The position numbers and the translations under genes were made by a program. From an uncultured bacterium (GTDB lineage: Bacteria; CAYMEV01), in contig CAYSKJ010000002.1 of NCBI GenBank assembly GCA_964431655.1, positions 10,214 to 70,020 on the forward strand: a DNA stretch of 59,807 nucleotides. Reading direction: 5' to 3'. Below, piece by piece: positions 1 to 10,848 of the stretch. How positions within the stretch are numbered: the stretch's first letter is position 1; each line of letters opens with the position of its first letter. The notes beneath the pieces are model-generated. The model was given only the letters and a program-made list of their open reading frames with translations, did not search any database and was not told where the DNA came from.

Positions 1-2035
1 CAGCGCTTATTGTGTAGAGATGTATGCCGGTTTTTGTGTTGAAGAAGCGGTAGACCGGAGTGGTGTTTTCTGCATGTAATTCAAAAACACTAAACTTGAT
101 CCCCTCATAGTTCCACTGGGGAAGATTCTCCATGATATAGTTCTTCTCTGCTTCGCTTACAGTATAGAGATGCCCTCCCCTTGAGGTGTTGAAGAAGCGG
201 TAGACCGGAACGATTCCCGTTTCCCCCGGCAGGGTGGCAGCCTGGGCTTCATTGGAGTAGGCTGAATTCCCTGCTGTATTGTATGCCCTGATCCTGTAAA
301 AATAGGTTGTTTCAGCCACAAGACCGGTGTTTTCATAGCTTGCTGTATTTACACCTGTGGATGCTATTTCAGACCAGGTACCCCCTGCACCGGTTTTTCT
401 TTCTATTTTAAAGCCCTGTTCATTGTCTGAGTTGTCGGTCCAGGACAGGTTTATCTGGAATGCTGATACTGCGGAGGCTGTGAGATTAGAGGGTGCTTCA
501 GGAGGCTCATTGCCGCCGTCAAGGGTAACATAAAAACTCATTATGTCCCCGTCCTGGTGGATATCTGAAATATTCAGGCCTCCCTTGCTCCCGTCGGAGA
601 AGAAGCTGTAGGGATTGGTGGTGTCGTTTATCTCTGTCCTTCCTGCACTGTCATGGAAAAAGGCAAGGTTGATATTGCCGTTGCTGGTGGTACTGCCGTT
701 GGGCCTGAATACATAGATTTCATCAGGAGGCCCGTCCCCGTTCCCCTGTCCGTCAGCTGAAGTGTTTATCCGGTAGACAATAAGGCCCGTTCCGGGAAGG
801 CTGTTCTCGAAGAAGCCGAGTTTTCTCCGGAATTCAACGAGGAAATGTTCTGTATCTGAACCCGGGGTATCTATCCTGTATACATTGTTTCCGGGCTCCA
901 GGAGAGAGTTTATGGTATAGGTGCCGGAAGATGTGATTTTTGGGATATTGTCTATCCAGTTGCCGTAGCGGTATTTCATAAAAGCACCCATATGCTGGGG
1001 AGGCGATGTATTGGACGCCATGATGTCCCATATACCCACAGGATTGTAGCCGTCACCGTTATAGTGGTAAAGGTCCGGGGCTCCGAGAGAATGAAACATC
1101 TCGTGGGATACCACACCGCTTTCAGTTGTATAGGATTCTATATTAAAATTATAGGTATATACCCTTTTGCCGTGAATCCGGACATCCCAGGAATACAAAT
1201 ACCACATATGGGGCCAGAGGAGCTCATTCCAACCGTCAACCCCGCCCTTTACAATGAAGCATACATTGTCGACATAGCCATCATCATCATAATCAATATC
1301 AAGTCCGGAAGGGATATCGCTCTCTACTGCCTCAACAGCATTTTTGAGCAGTGTGTGCTCCCTTTCTCTTCTCTGGTTGAAATTACTGTAGCCGTCAGGA
1401 TTGGTGGATGCATTATAGGGCCTGTAATAATTCCTGATATGGGAATCCTGGTATGAAACTACGCTTTGAGTGGAAGATTCAGGGTAAAAGTGAGAAATAA
1501 TCGATATATTATTATAGGAGGCTTCAATATAATAGCTGTACATGGAGATGTCTGAACCGGGATTCAATATATTGTCATAATAGGATATATCTTTCTGGAA
1601 CTCGGGGTCATCAGCAAACCTTATAAAGATTACGACATTGTTCAGGGTGCCAATATTGGGGGCCTTAACAATAGTTCGGGACCTGAGCATTTCTTTTCTT
1701 TCCAGGTATTCCTCCCTGCTTATGGTGAGGTTTTTTTCAATACCGAGCTGTCCGGGGTCGGACTCACCCGCAATATAACGGGTCGGAACCAGCCTGCCGT
1801 CTTCTTTTCCCGCATATACGTAAAAACCGTCAACAGGGTCAATCATGATGGTATATCCCTCTATATCATGAATGCGGTTGAAAAACTCATCACCAGATGC
1901 AAAAAGGTCAAGCTTCCGGCCGTCGGGCTGGACTACCATGATTGGGGCATTCTCAATAAGGGCCGGAAAACAAAGGCAGGAAAAGGATAATACCAGTAAA
2001 ATAGAGATATAATACCTGCTGTAAGGATTGTTCAT
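1..2035 (-). CDS. Secreted M6-family (immune-inhibitor-A-like) zinc metalloprotease with an FN3 domain and C-terminal YRFFN..G.HLYT repeats. The C-terminus runs off the left window edge.
   Basis: Absent from the ORF track because it has no stop in the window. My hand translation from the ATG at 2035 gives MNNPYSRYYISILLVLSFSCLCF (signal peptide). The HEMFH zinc motif sits at codons 1105-1091. An FN3-like segment (NLSWTDNSDNEQGFKIERK...YFYRIRAYN) lies at about 480-250. VYRFFNTSRGGHLYTVSE and VYRFFNTKTGIHLYTISA follow at about 215-2. I checked the frame at three points (2035, 1105, 478). Confidence 0.75.
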   Translation of the reverse strand, partial: MNNPYSRYYISILLVLSFSCLCFPALIENAPIMVVQPDGRKLDLFASGDEFFNRIHDIEGYTIMIDPVDGFYVYAGKEDGRLVPTRYIAGESDPGQLGIEKNLTISREEYLERKEMLRSRTIVKAPNIGTLNNVVIFIRFADDPEFQKDISYYDNILNPGSDISMYSYYIEASYNNISIISHFYPESSTQSVVSYQDSHIRNYYRPYNASTNPDGYSNFNQRREREHTLLKNAVEAVESDIPSGLDIDYDDDGYVDNVCFIVKGGVDGWNELLWPHMWYLYSWDVRIHGKRVYTYNFNIESYTTESGVVSHEMFHSLGAPDLYHYNGDGYNPVGIWDIMASNTSPPQHMGAFMKYRYGNWIDNIPKITSSGTYTINSLLEPGNNVYRIDTPGSDTEHFLVEFRRKLGFFENSLPGTGLIVYRINTSADGQGNGDGPPDEIYVFRPNGSTTSNGNINLAFFHDSAGRTEINDTTNPYSFFSDGSKGGLNISDIHQDGDIMSFYVTLDGGNEPPEAPSNLTASAVSAFQINLSWTDNSDNEQGFKIERKTGAGGTWSEIASTGVNTASYENTGLVAETTYFYRIRAYNTAGNSAYSNEAQAATLPGETGIVPVYRFFNTSRGGHLYTVSEAEKNYIMENLPQWNYEGIKFSVFELHAENTTPVYRFFNTKTGIHLYTISA

Positions 2036-2246
2036 GCATCTTTCCTCCGTTTAATATAATCATAAAGCATAATTACTTAAATGATGTAAAAAATGTTTCA
2101 AAATTTATTCAATATAAAATGCAGGGCTTTTTATATTATGTAATATTTTATTATTAAAGCAAAAAATAATATCATGAGATATGAATGATATACGGTTTTT
2201 GCTGATTGCCAGGAAATTATGCAATCCTGATCCGATATATTTATTC

Positions 2247-2274
2247 TTGAATTATCCTGCAAAGCTATTATACT
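2247..2274 (+). promoter_or_regulatory. Candidate sigma70-type promoter for leuS
   Basis: TTGAAT (2247-2252), a 16-nt spacer, then TATACT (2269-2274), about 55 nt upstream of the leuS ATG in an AT-rich divergent intergenic region. Confidence 0.3.
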
Positions 2275-2327
2275 CTCTTTCAGAAAATATGTAAATAATA
2301 TTTAAGAGAAGACAGAGGAAAGAACAG

Positions 2328-4799
2328 ATGACAGAGTACAACTTCAGGCAACTGGAAAATAAATACAAGCCTTACTGGCGGGAGCTTAAGCTTTATAAAA
2401 CCGGGGATAAACCCGGAAAACCAAAGCTCTACTGCCTGGATTTTTTTCCCTATCCCTCCGGATCAGGCCTCAGTGTCGGCCACTGCAGGAACTATATTCC
2501 CTCCGATGTAATAAGCAGGAAGCTGAGGATGGAGGGATACAATGTACTTCACCCCATGGGCTGGGATGCATTCGGCCAGCCTGCTGAGGAATATGCCATA
2601 AAGGTAGGCAGGCATCCCCTGGTAACTACCCGGGAAAATGCGGCTACCTACAAAAAACAGATGAAGCTTATTGAGGCTTCCTATGACTGGGACAGGGAGA
2701 TATTCTCCTGCGACCCGGATTATTATAAATGGACCCAGTATTTTTTCCTTCTCCTGCATAAAAGGGGACTGGCGTACCAGGACTACTCCTACCAGTGGTA
2801 CTGCACGCACTGCAGGATAGTCCTCTCCAATGAGCAGGCATCCAATGGAAAATGCTGGAGGTGTGAGAAGGATGTTTCCAAGGTAAGGCTGAAGCAATGG
2901 TTTTTCCGGATAACCGAATATGCGGAAAGACTGCTGGAAGGCCTTGAAAGGATAGACTGGCCTGAATCAATAAAAGCAATGCAGAGAAACTGGATAGGAA
3001 AATCCGAAGGAAGCAGGCTTATATTCCTGGTGAAGATGCCAGACGGTTCTCAAAAGGAACTGCCCGTTTTCACAACAAGGATAGACACTATCTTTGGAGC
3101 TACCTTCTGTGTTATAGCGCCGGAACATCCCCTGGCCAAAGCCATGGCATCACAGACAGAAGCAGAAAATGTAAACACCTATATTGCAGAATCCATGAAG
3201 AAAAGCAATCTTCAGAGGATAAGCGCTGATGACAAGGAAAAGACAGGGGTATTTACAGGAAGCTTTGCCGTAAACCCGTTTACCGGAAATGATGTACCCG
3301 TATATATTGCGGATTATGTCCTCATGGAGTACGGAACCGGGGCAATAATGGCGGTTCCTGCCCATGATACCAGGGATTTCGCCTTCGCTAAAAGATATAA
3401 TATACCCATAGTTGAAGTCATATCCCCTGACGGCAATCCTAAAAAAGAGCTTCTGGAGGCCTTTAGCAGTGACGGTGTCCTGATTAACAGCGGACAGTTC
3501 TCCGGGATGGCATCCGGCGATGCCATAAGCGCCATGAACAGCTATGCCCGTGACAGAGGTTTCGGCCATGCAGAGATAAACTACCGTTTTCATGACTGGC
3601 TGATATCGAGGCAGAGGTACTGGGGAGCGCCCATACCCATAATCCACTGCAGTAAATGCGGGGCTGTGCCGGTGCCTGAAGATGAGCTCCCTGTTATACT
3701 GCCGGAGATAAGGAGCTTTGTGCCTGATGATTCAGGAACATCCCCCCTGGCAAAGCTTGGTTCTTTTGTCCGCACCCGGTGCCCTGCCTGCAAAGGCCCG
3801 GCAAGAAGGGAAGTGGATACCATGGACGGTTTTGCATGTTCCAGCTGGTATTTCCTGAGATTTGCCTCCCCGGCGCATAAAGAAGGGCCCTTTGATCCTG
3901 AAGCTGTGAAATACTGGCTTCCGGTAGACCTCTATCTCGGAGGTGCGGAACATGCGGTAATGCACCTGCTTTATGCGCGCTTCTGGACAAAGGTAATGTA
4001 TGATGAAGGCCTTATTGGTTTTGATGAGCCCTTTATAAGGCTAAAGAACCAGGGCATGCTCCTGGGATCAGACAACCAGAAGATGTCAAAATCCAAGGGA
4101 AATGTGGTAACCCCGGATGAAATGGTAAAAAAATATGGAGCCGATGCATTGAGGACTTATATCCTGTTTATGGGACCCTTTGAGGCTGAGATAGCCTGGA
4201 GTGAAGAGGGCATAGCCGGCTGCAGCCGTTTTTTACGAAGGCTCTGGAGACTTTATACGGAAACAATGCCCCATATAAGTAAAAAAGCGCCATCGGTTGA
4301 AGATAAGGCAAAAAAAGAGATGGAATACATGATAAATCACACTATCCGGAAGGTAAGCCGTGATATAGACAATTTCCAGTTCAATACCGCAGTGGCTGCC
4401 ATAATGGAATTTACAAACTTTCTCTCTCAACAGCAGTCCGATGCAGGAAAATACGGGAACCTCTGGGAAAGGTCACTGATATCGCTGATAAGGGTGCTGT
4501 CGCCCATAGCCCCCTTTATCTGCGAGGAGCTGTACCAGAAGCTTAAAGGCCAGGGAAGCATACACCAGCTTGAGTGGCCTGGCTGGGATGATGAAAAAAT
4601 AAAGAAGGATACTGTAACCATAGCTGTCCAGGTTAATGGAAAGCTCAGGGACAGCACAGAGACGGATACCGACTCAGAACAGAGCGAGGTTGAAAAAAAG
4701 GTATTTGCAAGCCCCAAAATACAGAAGCATCTGGAGGGAAAACAGGTAATAAAGATTATATATGTTAAAAACAGAATACTGAACATAGTTGTAAAGTAG
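2328..4799 (+). CDS. leuS: Leucine--tRNA ligase
   Basis: 823 aa. HIGH-type motif PYPSGSGLSVGHCRNY, KMSKS motif QKMSKSKGN, and a typical LeuRS N-terminus (YNFRQLENKYKPYW). Confidence 0.95.
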   Translation: MTEYNFRQLENKYKPYWRELKLYKTGDKPGKPKLYCLDFFPYPSGSGLSVGHCRNYIPSDVISRKLRMEGYNVLHPMGWDAFGQPAEEYAIKVGRHPLVTTRENAATYKKQMKLIEASYDWDREIFSCDPDYYKWTQYFFLLLHKRGLAYQDYSYQWYCTHCRIVLSNEQASNGKCWRCEKDVSKVRLKQWFFRITEYAERLLEGLERIDWPESIKAMQRNWIGKSEGSRLIFLVKMPDGSQKELPVFTTRIDTIFGATFCVIAPEHPLAKAMASQTEAENVNTYIAESMKKSNLQRISADDKEKTGVFTGSFAVNPFTGNDVPVYIADYVLMEYGTGAIMAVPAHDTRDFAFAKRYNIPIVEVISPDGNPKKELLEAFSSDGVLINSGQFSGMASGDAISAMNSYARDRGFGHAEINYRFHDWLISRQRYWGAPIPIIHCSKCGAVPVPEDELPVILPEIRSFVPDDSGTSPLAKLGSFVRTRCPACKGPARREVDTMDGFACSSWYFLRFASPAHKEGPFDPEAVKYWLPVDLYLGGAEHAVMHLLYARFWTKVMYDEGLIGFDEPFIRLKNQGMLLGSDNQKMSKSKGNVVTPDEMVKKYGADALRTYILFMGPFEAEIAWSEEGIAGCSRFLRRLWRLYTETMPHISKKAPSVEDKAKKEMEYMINHTIRKVSRDIDNFQFNTAVAAIMEFTNFLSQQQSDAGKYGNLWERSLISLIRVLSPIAPFICEELYQKLKGQGSIHQLEWPGWDDEKIKKDTVTIAVQVNGKLRDSTETDTDSEQSEVEKKVFASPKIQKHLEGKQVIKIIYVKNRILNIVVK

Positions 4800-4806
4800 A
4801 AATAAA

Positions 4807-5949
4807 ATGCATTACAAAAAGGAATACTGGGAAGAAGCGGAAGAAAAGATCCTGGCCCCTTATGCCCTGAAAAGCAGAAATTCCCGGAGGCTCCACCGGG
4901 AGCCCAATCCTGCTGTCAACAGGACCAGCTACCAGAGAGACTGGAACAGGGTCCTGCATTCCCAGTCCTTCAGAAAGCTGGAATTCAAGACCCAGGTATT
5001 TTCTTTCGGTGAAGGGCTGGATATTACCCGCAACAGGCTTACCCACTCCCTTGAGGTTCTGCAGATAGCAGTTTCCATAGCCCACGGCCTTGGCGTCAAT
5101 TCAGACTGCGTTATGGCTATAAGCCTTGCCCACGACATCGGCCACCCCCCCTTCGGCCATACCGGAGAAGACGCCTTAAAGGAGCTTACAACGGATTTCA
5201 ACCATAACCAGCACAGCCTGGACATAGTTATGAATCTGGAGAAGAGATACCCCGATTATGACGGCCTGAACCTGACCACCGATGTGCTGGAGGGCCTTGA
5301 GAAGCACTCCTCCGACTATGACAGACCGCCTCTGAAGGGCCTTATCTTTCCTGATACAAAATTTCCTTCCCTGGAAGGCCAGATAGTTGACTATGCCGAT
5401 ACTATAGCCTACCGCTGCCATGACCTTGAAGACAGCCTGCTGTCCGGCATCATTGACTTTATTGATTTTATCTCAGCCCCCCCTGTAATAATAAAGGATA
5501 TCATGCCGCAAAAATTGCAGGGAGACAGGAACCTGTACCTTTCCCAGCTAACCAGGGCTCTTATAAACCTTTACGTGGGCGACATAATCGAGAACACCAA
5601 TTGCAATCTAAAAAAACATGATATAAAATCCGTTGAGGATGTAAGAAAATGCGATATCAAGCTTGTGGGATTCAGCCATTCACTGAAAACCAGCAATGAC
5701 AGCCTCGGGAACTATCTTTTCGCCAATTTCTACAAGGATTACCGCATCATTAGGATGATGAACAAGGGTAAGGAGATTATAAAAAGGCTTTTTACCTCCT
5801 TCTATGGTAACCAGTACCTTCTGCCGGGAGATGTTCGTGCCAGGATTACAGGAGGAAGCTACTCAAAGGAGAAGATAATAGCTGATTATATTGCAAGCAT
5901 GACCGACAGGGAAGCCTTAAGGGTCTATAACTCCATCTTTACCAATTAG
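4807..5949 (+). CDS. dGTPase-like HD-domain triphosphohydrolase
   Basis: RTSYQRDWNRVLHSQSFRKLEFKTQVF, RNRLTHSLEV and LAHDIGHPPFGHTGE are the dGTP triphosphohydrolase family signatures. It starts 7 nt after leuS. Confidence 0.85.
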   Translation: MHYKKEYWEEAEEKILAPYALKSRNSRRLHREPNPAVNRTSYQRDWNRVLHSQSFRKLEFKTQVFSFGEGLDITRNRLTHSLEVLQIAVSIAHGLGVNSDCVMAISLAHDIGHPPFGHTGEDALKELTTDFNHNQHSLDIVMNLEKRYPDYDGLNLTTDVLEGLEKHSSDYDRPPLKGLIFPDTKFPSLEGQIVDYADTIAYRCHDLEDSLLSGIIDFIDFISAPPVIIKDIMPQKLQGDRNLYLSQLTRALINLYVGDIIENTNCNLKKHDIKSVEDVRKCDIKLVGFSHSLKTSNDSLGNYLFANFYKDYRIIRMMNKGKEIIKRLFTSFYGNQYLLPGDVRARITGGSYSKEKIIADYIASMTDREALRVYNSIFTN

Positions 5950-5959
5950 GGAAAGGCTG

Positions 5960-6676
5960 ATGGATAAAATAAGGTATATATTCTTTGACAGGGATGAAAC
6001 CCTTCTCTACCTTGATAATTCAGCTGTAAAGAGGGCACTGGCGCAGATATCCGATAAAACAGGCCTTGATTTTCCCCATGTGCTGGAGAATTATCAGGCC
6101 TGGTATGAAGAGACCAATGAACGCATAAAAGCACACTGGAGAAGCATAAACACAAAAGAAAAGGAAATCCGCTTCTGGCGCGAGAGCTTTGATATTCTCT
6201 ATATGATGCTTTTTGACGGTAAAACCTGCAATATCGCCCAGAAGCAGGCCATGAGCTTTTTTTACGGCAAGCTTCTATACTACAAGCTCTACAGTGTTTT
6301 TGATGATGTTTTTGATACCCTTGAGAGTCTTAAGGCCATGGGCCTGAAAATGGGCGTTATCAGCGACACGCTTCCTATGCTCAAAGAAAGCCTTGATCAT
6401 TTCGGCCTGGGCAGTTATTTTGATTCATTCACTGCGGCGGCTGATATTGGGGTATTAAAGCCTTCACCCTTAATCTTCGGCAGGGCAGTTGATTCCCTGG
6501 ATGCTGTGTCTGAGCATTCCATTTACATAGATGACCGCCCCGAAAAGATGGAGGGTATTGAGAAGCTTGGCATAAAGGCCTTTCTGATTGACAGGCTCAA
6601 TGCCTACCCTGATTCACCCGACAGGATAGACAGCCTTGCCCGTATCATCGATTATGTCAGGACTCAGAATCAATGA
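5960..6676 (+). CDS. HAD-superfamily hydrolase
   Basis: DxDxT-type motif I (FFDRDETL), motif II (VISDT) and a distal acidic motif (IYIDD). Confidence 0.7.
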   Translation: MDKIRYIFFDRDETLLYLDNSAVKRALAQISDKTGLDFPHVLENYQAWYEETNERIKAHWRSINTKEKEIRFWRESFDILYMMLFDGKTCNIAQKQAMSFFYGKLLYYKLYSVFDDVFDTLESLKAMGLKMGVISDTLPMLKESLDHFGLGSYFDSFTAAADIGVLKPSPLIFGRAVDSLDAVSEHSIYIDDRPEKMEGIEKLGIKAFLIDRLNAYPDSPDRIDSLARIIDYVRTQNQ

Positions 6677-7332
6677 AAATACTTGCCTGCGGAGATATAC
6701 ACAACAGCAGGAAAAACCTTGAGCTGATCCTTAATAATGCGGAAAAATGCGATTATATTATCCTCAACGGCGATATAACCAATTTCGGGAACATTGAGGA
6801 TTACAGGGAAATAGAAAAAACAGCAAAAAATCATGGAAGCCTATATATCAACTGGGGAAACTGCGATACACCTGAAATAATTGCTGAGATAGAAAATAAA
6901 GGCGGTTCCCTTGATGGAAAAGGCTATATGCTTGAGGGCAACAGCACAGGCATATTCGGTCTTTCAGGCTCTAATATAACACCCTTGAACACATGTGCGG
7001 AATATAGCGAACAAGAGCTATATGACAGGCTTGTAAAGGGATTTGAGAACATCAGCGGTGCAGACGCCAGATTGCTGTTCTCTCACGTACCGCCTTACGG
7101 TACCAGGATTGACAGGACATTTTTCGGCCTGCATGCCGGCTCAAAAGCTGTAAGGCGCTTTTTGGAAAATTACAGGGTTGAGCTGGGCATATTCAGCCAT
7201 ATCCATGAGGCTTCGGGAAGCGACAGGCTGGCATCTGTCCCTGTCTACAACATAGGAGCTGTCAGGGATAAAAGGTATGCCATTATCCGCATAGCCGGCA
7301 AAAAGATTGATGTTGAGCTTTACCGCTTATAA
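6673..7332 (+). CDS. Metallophosphoesterase
   Basis: ILACGDIHN, ILNGDITNFG and SHVPP..GSHIHE metal-ligand motifs. 4-nt overlap with the upstream gene. Confidence 0.7.
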   Translation: MKILACGDIHNSRKNLELILNNAEKCDYIILNGDITNFGNIEDYREIEKTAKNHGSLYINWGNCDTPEIIAEIENKGGSLDGKGYMLEGNSTGIFGLSGSNITPLNTCAEYSEQELYDRLVKGFENISGADARLLFSHVPPYGTRIDRTFFGLHAGSKAVRRFLENYRVELGIFSHIHEASGSDRLASVPVYNIGAVRDKRYAIIRIAGKKIDVELYRL

Positions 7333-7338
7333 TCTGTT

Positions 7339-9582
7339 ATGAAGTACTGGAAAAAAATATTAATCAGACTTGCAGTCCTGTTTTTTATCGCAGTTCTTGT
7401 TCTTGCATCTACTGTATTTTTTATCTACCGCAGTTACAGCACGGACCTTCCTGATGTAAAAGACATACCGGATCCGGTTCAGAGCTCCAAGATATATTCC
7501 GACGACGGTTCACTTATTGCTGAGATATTCACCCAGAGGCGGACCGTTGTAAAGGCCAGGGAAATCCCTGAAACCATAATAGATGCTGTTATTGCCATTG
7601 AGGACCAGAGATTTTATTCCCACCACGGAATTGACCCCCTGGCAGTTGTAAGGGCGTTTTTGAAAAACATCCGTGAAGGCGGTATTGCAGAGGGAGCCAG
7701 CACAATTACAATGCAGACGGCAAAGAATATTTTCCTGACTCACTTTAAGAGCATGGACAGGAAAATTAAGGAGGCTATCCTTGCCTTAAGGCTTGAGAGA
7801 GCCTATTCAAAAAGCGATATAATCACCATTTACCTGAACAATATATATTTCGGCATGGGTTCCTACGGCATTTATGAGGCGGCAAAAACCTATTTTTCAA
7901 AGAGCCTGGACAGCCTTACCCTGGAGGAGTGTGCTTTATTAGCCGCACTGCCCAAAGCTCCCTATACCTATAATCCCTTCCGCAACATGGATCTGGCCAA
8001 GAAAAGAAGGGACCTTGTCCTGAAAAGGATGTATGACATGAAGTATATCGATTTTGACCGGTATTACAGTGCTGTATCAACTCCCGTAAGACTGACAGGA
8101 GAGGCAAGGGAGTATTCCGGCTCTTATTTTGTAGATTTTGTAAGGGCAAGCCTTATTGAAACCGTGGGGGAGAAAAACCTTTATGAAGGCGGTTTAAGGA
8201 TCAATACCACTATATCCATGGATTTTCAGAAAAAAGCAGAAGAGGCTGTCCGCAGGGGGCTGGTTTCCTATCAGAGAAGAAAGCCTTTTAATAAAGAAAA
8301 TGTAATATACAGGGAAGAAAAGTCCTATATAACTGATATGCCTGAATATCTCGCGGCTGAAATAAAGCAGGTAAAGAAGGATAAATTGACTCTTTTAATA
8401 AAAGAAAGCGGGAAAACAGCCCTTATAGACGTACGCAGCAGCGGATTCAAGGATATTAAAAACTTTGCAGAACACTTTGAAGCAGGAGAATATATCCTGA
8501 TTTCTCCCCCGGCTGATAATGGATACAGTATCCTGATGCCTGTTCCCGATGCCCAGGCATCCCTGGTGGCGATCAACCTTGAAGATAACAGCATAAAAGC
8601 CATGGTTGGCGGTTTTTCCTACAGGGAAAGCCAGTTCAACAGGGCTGTCCAGGCAAAAAGACAGCCGGGAAGCGCTTTCAAACCATTTGTCTTCCTGTCG
8701 GCCCTGGTAATGGGGTATGGTCCGCTGGACAGCACCTATGACCTTCCATTACTGGTAACCGAATACAGGCCGGGCAGGGGTGACGGACCGGCTGACGGCT
8801 GGAACCCCTCCAATTTCGACGGCAGATACCTTGGCAGCATACCCTTTTCCAGGGCCCTGTTTGAGTCAAGAAATACAGTGGCAGTAAGGCTTGCCCAGGA
8901 AATAACCACCACACCCATAAAGTATCTTGCCAGACTTGCAGGAATAAACAGCCCTATAACCACACAGCTTTCCATGTCGCTGGGTTCCGCCTCCATAAGC
9001 CTTCTTGAACTGTCCCATGCCTACACTGTGTTTCCCAACCTGGGCAGGCTTCTACCTGTGAGGTACATAACTGAAATATGTGATAAAAATAATGAAATAG
9101 CGGATATTTCATCTCCTTTTCCCAGGGATGTCGTCCTTCCCCAGTATGCCTATACTATGGTAAGGCTTCTTACAGGCGTTGCTGACTTTGGAACCGGTAT
9201 CCGCTCAAGGAAGGCTGATTTTGAGAAAGCAGGCAAGACCGGTACCTCAAATGACTTCAGGGATAACTGGTTTATAGGCTTTACCCCCGATATCCTCGTG
9301 GGAGTTTGGATAGGAAAAGATAATTTTGAAAGCCTCGGAAGAAATTTTACCGGGGGCGATACGGCATGCCCCATTTTCACTGATTTTTTAACCAGCCTGG
9401 ATCTAAAGAGCAACAGCTTCTTTTCCGCCCCGAACGGCGTTTATACCTGTCCCCTGGATCTGACCGGGTTAAGTGACTGCTCACCGGGGGAAGACACGTC
9501 CTATCAGGTCTTTCCTGAACCTGGACTTTTTATTGAGAGCATCGAAATGCTGGATGAAGGGGAGGATATGATAAGCTTCTGA
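7339..9582 (+). CDS. Class A penicillin-binding protein (PBP1A-type transglycosylase/transpeptidase)
   Basis: N-terminal TM helix. GT51 motifs EDQRFYSHHGID, GASTITMQTAKN and RKIKEAILALRLE. Transpeptidase motifs SAFK (SxxK), SRN and KTGTS. Confidence 0.9.
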   Translation: MKYWKKILIRLAVLFFIAVLVLASTVFFIYRSYSTDLPDVKDIPDPVQSSKIYSDDGSLIAEIFTQRRTVVKAREIPETIIDAVIAIEDQRFYSHHGIDPLAVVRAFLKNIREGGIAEGASTITMQTAKNIFLTHFKSMDRKIKEAILALRLERAYSKSDIITIYLNNIYFGMGSYGIYEAAKTYFSKSLDSLTLEECALLAALPKAPYTYNPFRNMDLAKKRRDLVLKRMYDMKYIDFDRYYSAVSTPVRLTGEAREYSGSYFVDFVRASLIETVGEKNLYEGGLRINTTISMDFQKKAEEAVRRGLVSYQRRKPFNKENVIYREEKSYITDMPEYLAAEIKQVKKDKLTLLIKESGKTALIDVRSSGFKDIKNFAEHFEAGEYILISPPADNGYSILMPVPDAQASLVAINLEDNSIKAMVGGFSYRESQFNRAVQAKRQPGSAFKPFVFLSALVMGYGPLDSTYDLPLLVTEYRPGRGDGPADGWNPSNFDGRYLGSIPFSRALFESRNTVAVRLAQEITTTPIKYLARLAGINSPITTQLSMSLGSASISLLELSHAYTVFPNLGRLLPVRYITEICDKNNEIADISSPFPRDVVLPQYAYTMVRLLTGVADFGTGIRSRKADFEKAGKTGTSNDFRDNWFIGFTPDILVGVWIGKDNFESLGRNFTGGDTACPIFTDFLTSLDLKSNSFFSAPNGVYTCPLDLTGLSDCSPGEDTSYQVFPEPGLFIESIEMLDEGEDMISF

Positions 9583-9603
9583 GGCCCTTTTCCTGGCCTG
9601 CGG

Positions 9604-10764
9604 CTAAAGTATGAATTCTATCTTAATGGTGGTGCCTTCCCTGTACTCGCTTTTAACATATATCTGGCCCGAATGCAGGGCTGCTATCTCCTGGACAATG
9701 CTTAATCCGAGTCCCAGCCCGTCAGATTTCTGAGCATCATCATCATTGACCATGAAGAATTTTTCAAAGATTCTCTGCAGGTCCTTCTGCTTTATTCCAC
9801 AGCCAGTATCCTTTATGGATATACTCAGTGTCTCGTCGGTCTTAAACAGGACAGCTTCTATCTTGCCGTTCTGTTTATTGAACTTTATGGCATTGCAGAC
9901 AAGATGGTCAAACATTTCGGACATAAGGTTCTTGTCGCCTTTGAACACAATTTTATCATTATTGGATTTGAAGGACACAGAGATATTCTTCTTTGCCAGC
10001 TGATTCTTATAATTCTTGAATGCATCCTTGAGAAGGTCCTTTATCTCGAAGTTCTCAATATAGGGCTTGACTTTGCCCAACTCGAGCTTTGAACAGAGTA
10101 TGATGGAGTGGAGAAGGCTGTGCAGTTTATCGGACTCGCTCTTGATAGTGGTAAGGTATTCCTTGATAATATCTTTCTCAAGCTTTTCTTCCACCATGAG
10201 AAGGTCCACATAACCGCTTATTACAGTAAGAGGGGTCTTAAGATTATAGCTGAACTCCGATATGAAGCTGGATTTTGTCTTGTCAATCTCAGCCAGTCTT
10301 TCATTAAGGTCCTCCAGCTGGACCACATAGCCCTTGAGCTCCTGCATAAGCTTCTGGTTGTTGCGCTTTAAGTTTATCTTCTCTATGGCATTCCTTAGAA
10401 CAATCTTTATCTGCTCCACCACAAGGGGCTTTTTGAGAAAATCATATACCCCCTTTTTAATTGCCTCAATGGCATAATCCATGGATGGGTAGGCAGTCAT
10501 TATAATAATAGCTGAATCAGGGGAAACCTCGTTAATCTCGTCCATTATCTCAAGTCCCGTTTTGCCGGGCATCATGATATCAAGAAAGATAACATCCACC
10601 TTGCCGGGGTCCTGTTTGATAATATCAAGGGCTTCATCCGCATTTGCGGCTGACATAATCTGATAGCCCTCATCCTCCAGAAGGTCATTGAACAGCTCCC
10701 TTATAAGATGCTCATCATCAACAACCAATACATTGCCTCTGTTGGTCTGACTGTTCTCTATCAA
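9604..10764 (-). CDS. Hybrid receiver (REC) - HisKA-like - HATPase_c sensor kinase with a Tyr at the phospho-acceptor position
   Basis: REC: VLVVDDEH, IFLDIMMPG, KKPL. H-box-like FISEFSYNLKTPLTVISGY, with a TAT codon at 10248-10246 where His is expected. N box HLVCNAIKFN, G1 IKDTGCGI, G2 GLGLGLSIV. Confidence 0.8.
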   Translation of the reverse strand: MIENSQTNRGNVLVVDDEHLIRELFNDLLEDEGYQIMSAANADEALDIIKQDPGKVDVIFLDIMMPGKTGLEIMDEINEVSPDSAIIIMTAYPSMDYAIEAIKKGVYDFLKKPLVVEQIKIVLRNAIEKINLKRNNQKLMQELKGYVVQLEDLNERLAEIDKTKSSFISEFSYNLKTPLTVISGYVDLLMVEEKLEKDIIKEYLTTIKSESDKLHSLLHSIILCSKLELGKVKPYIENFEIKDLLKDAFKNYKNQLAKKNISVSFKSNNDKIVFKGDKNLMSEMFDHLVCNAIKFNKQNGKIEAVLFKTDETLSISIKDTGCGIKQKDLQRIFEKFFMVNDDDAQKSDGLGLGLSIVQEIAALHSGQIYVKSEYREGTTIKIEFIL

Positions 10765-10848
10765 TTTAGAAGCTCCTTTTCATTTACTTATGCCCAGGAA
10801 TCTCTCCCCGGAAAATAACATTATTATAAACATAAATCAACTAATTCA

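Noticed and set aside
992-1456. Track ORFs 834-1031(-) and 992-1456(+)
   Set aside because: They overlap the well-supported minus-strand metalloprotease frame (HEMFH, FN3, signal peptide). Their translations are low-complexity or hydrophobic nonsense.
2036-2327. T-box or other leader upstream of leuS, and similarly at 44310-44433 upstream of the MetRS-like gene
   Set aside because: The regions are AT-rich with promoter-like hexamers. They lack the conserved T-box core (GGTGGTACCGCG-like) and any terminator/antiterminator pair I could fold by eye.
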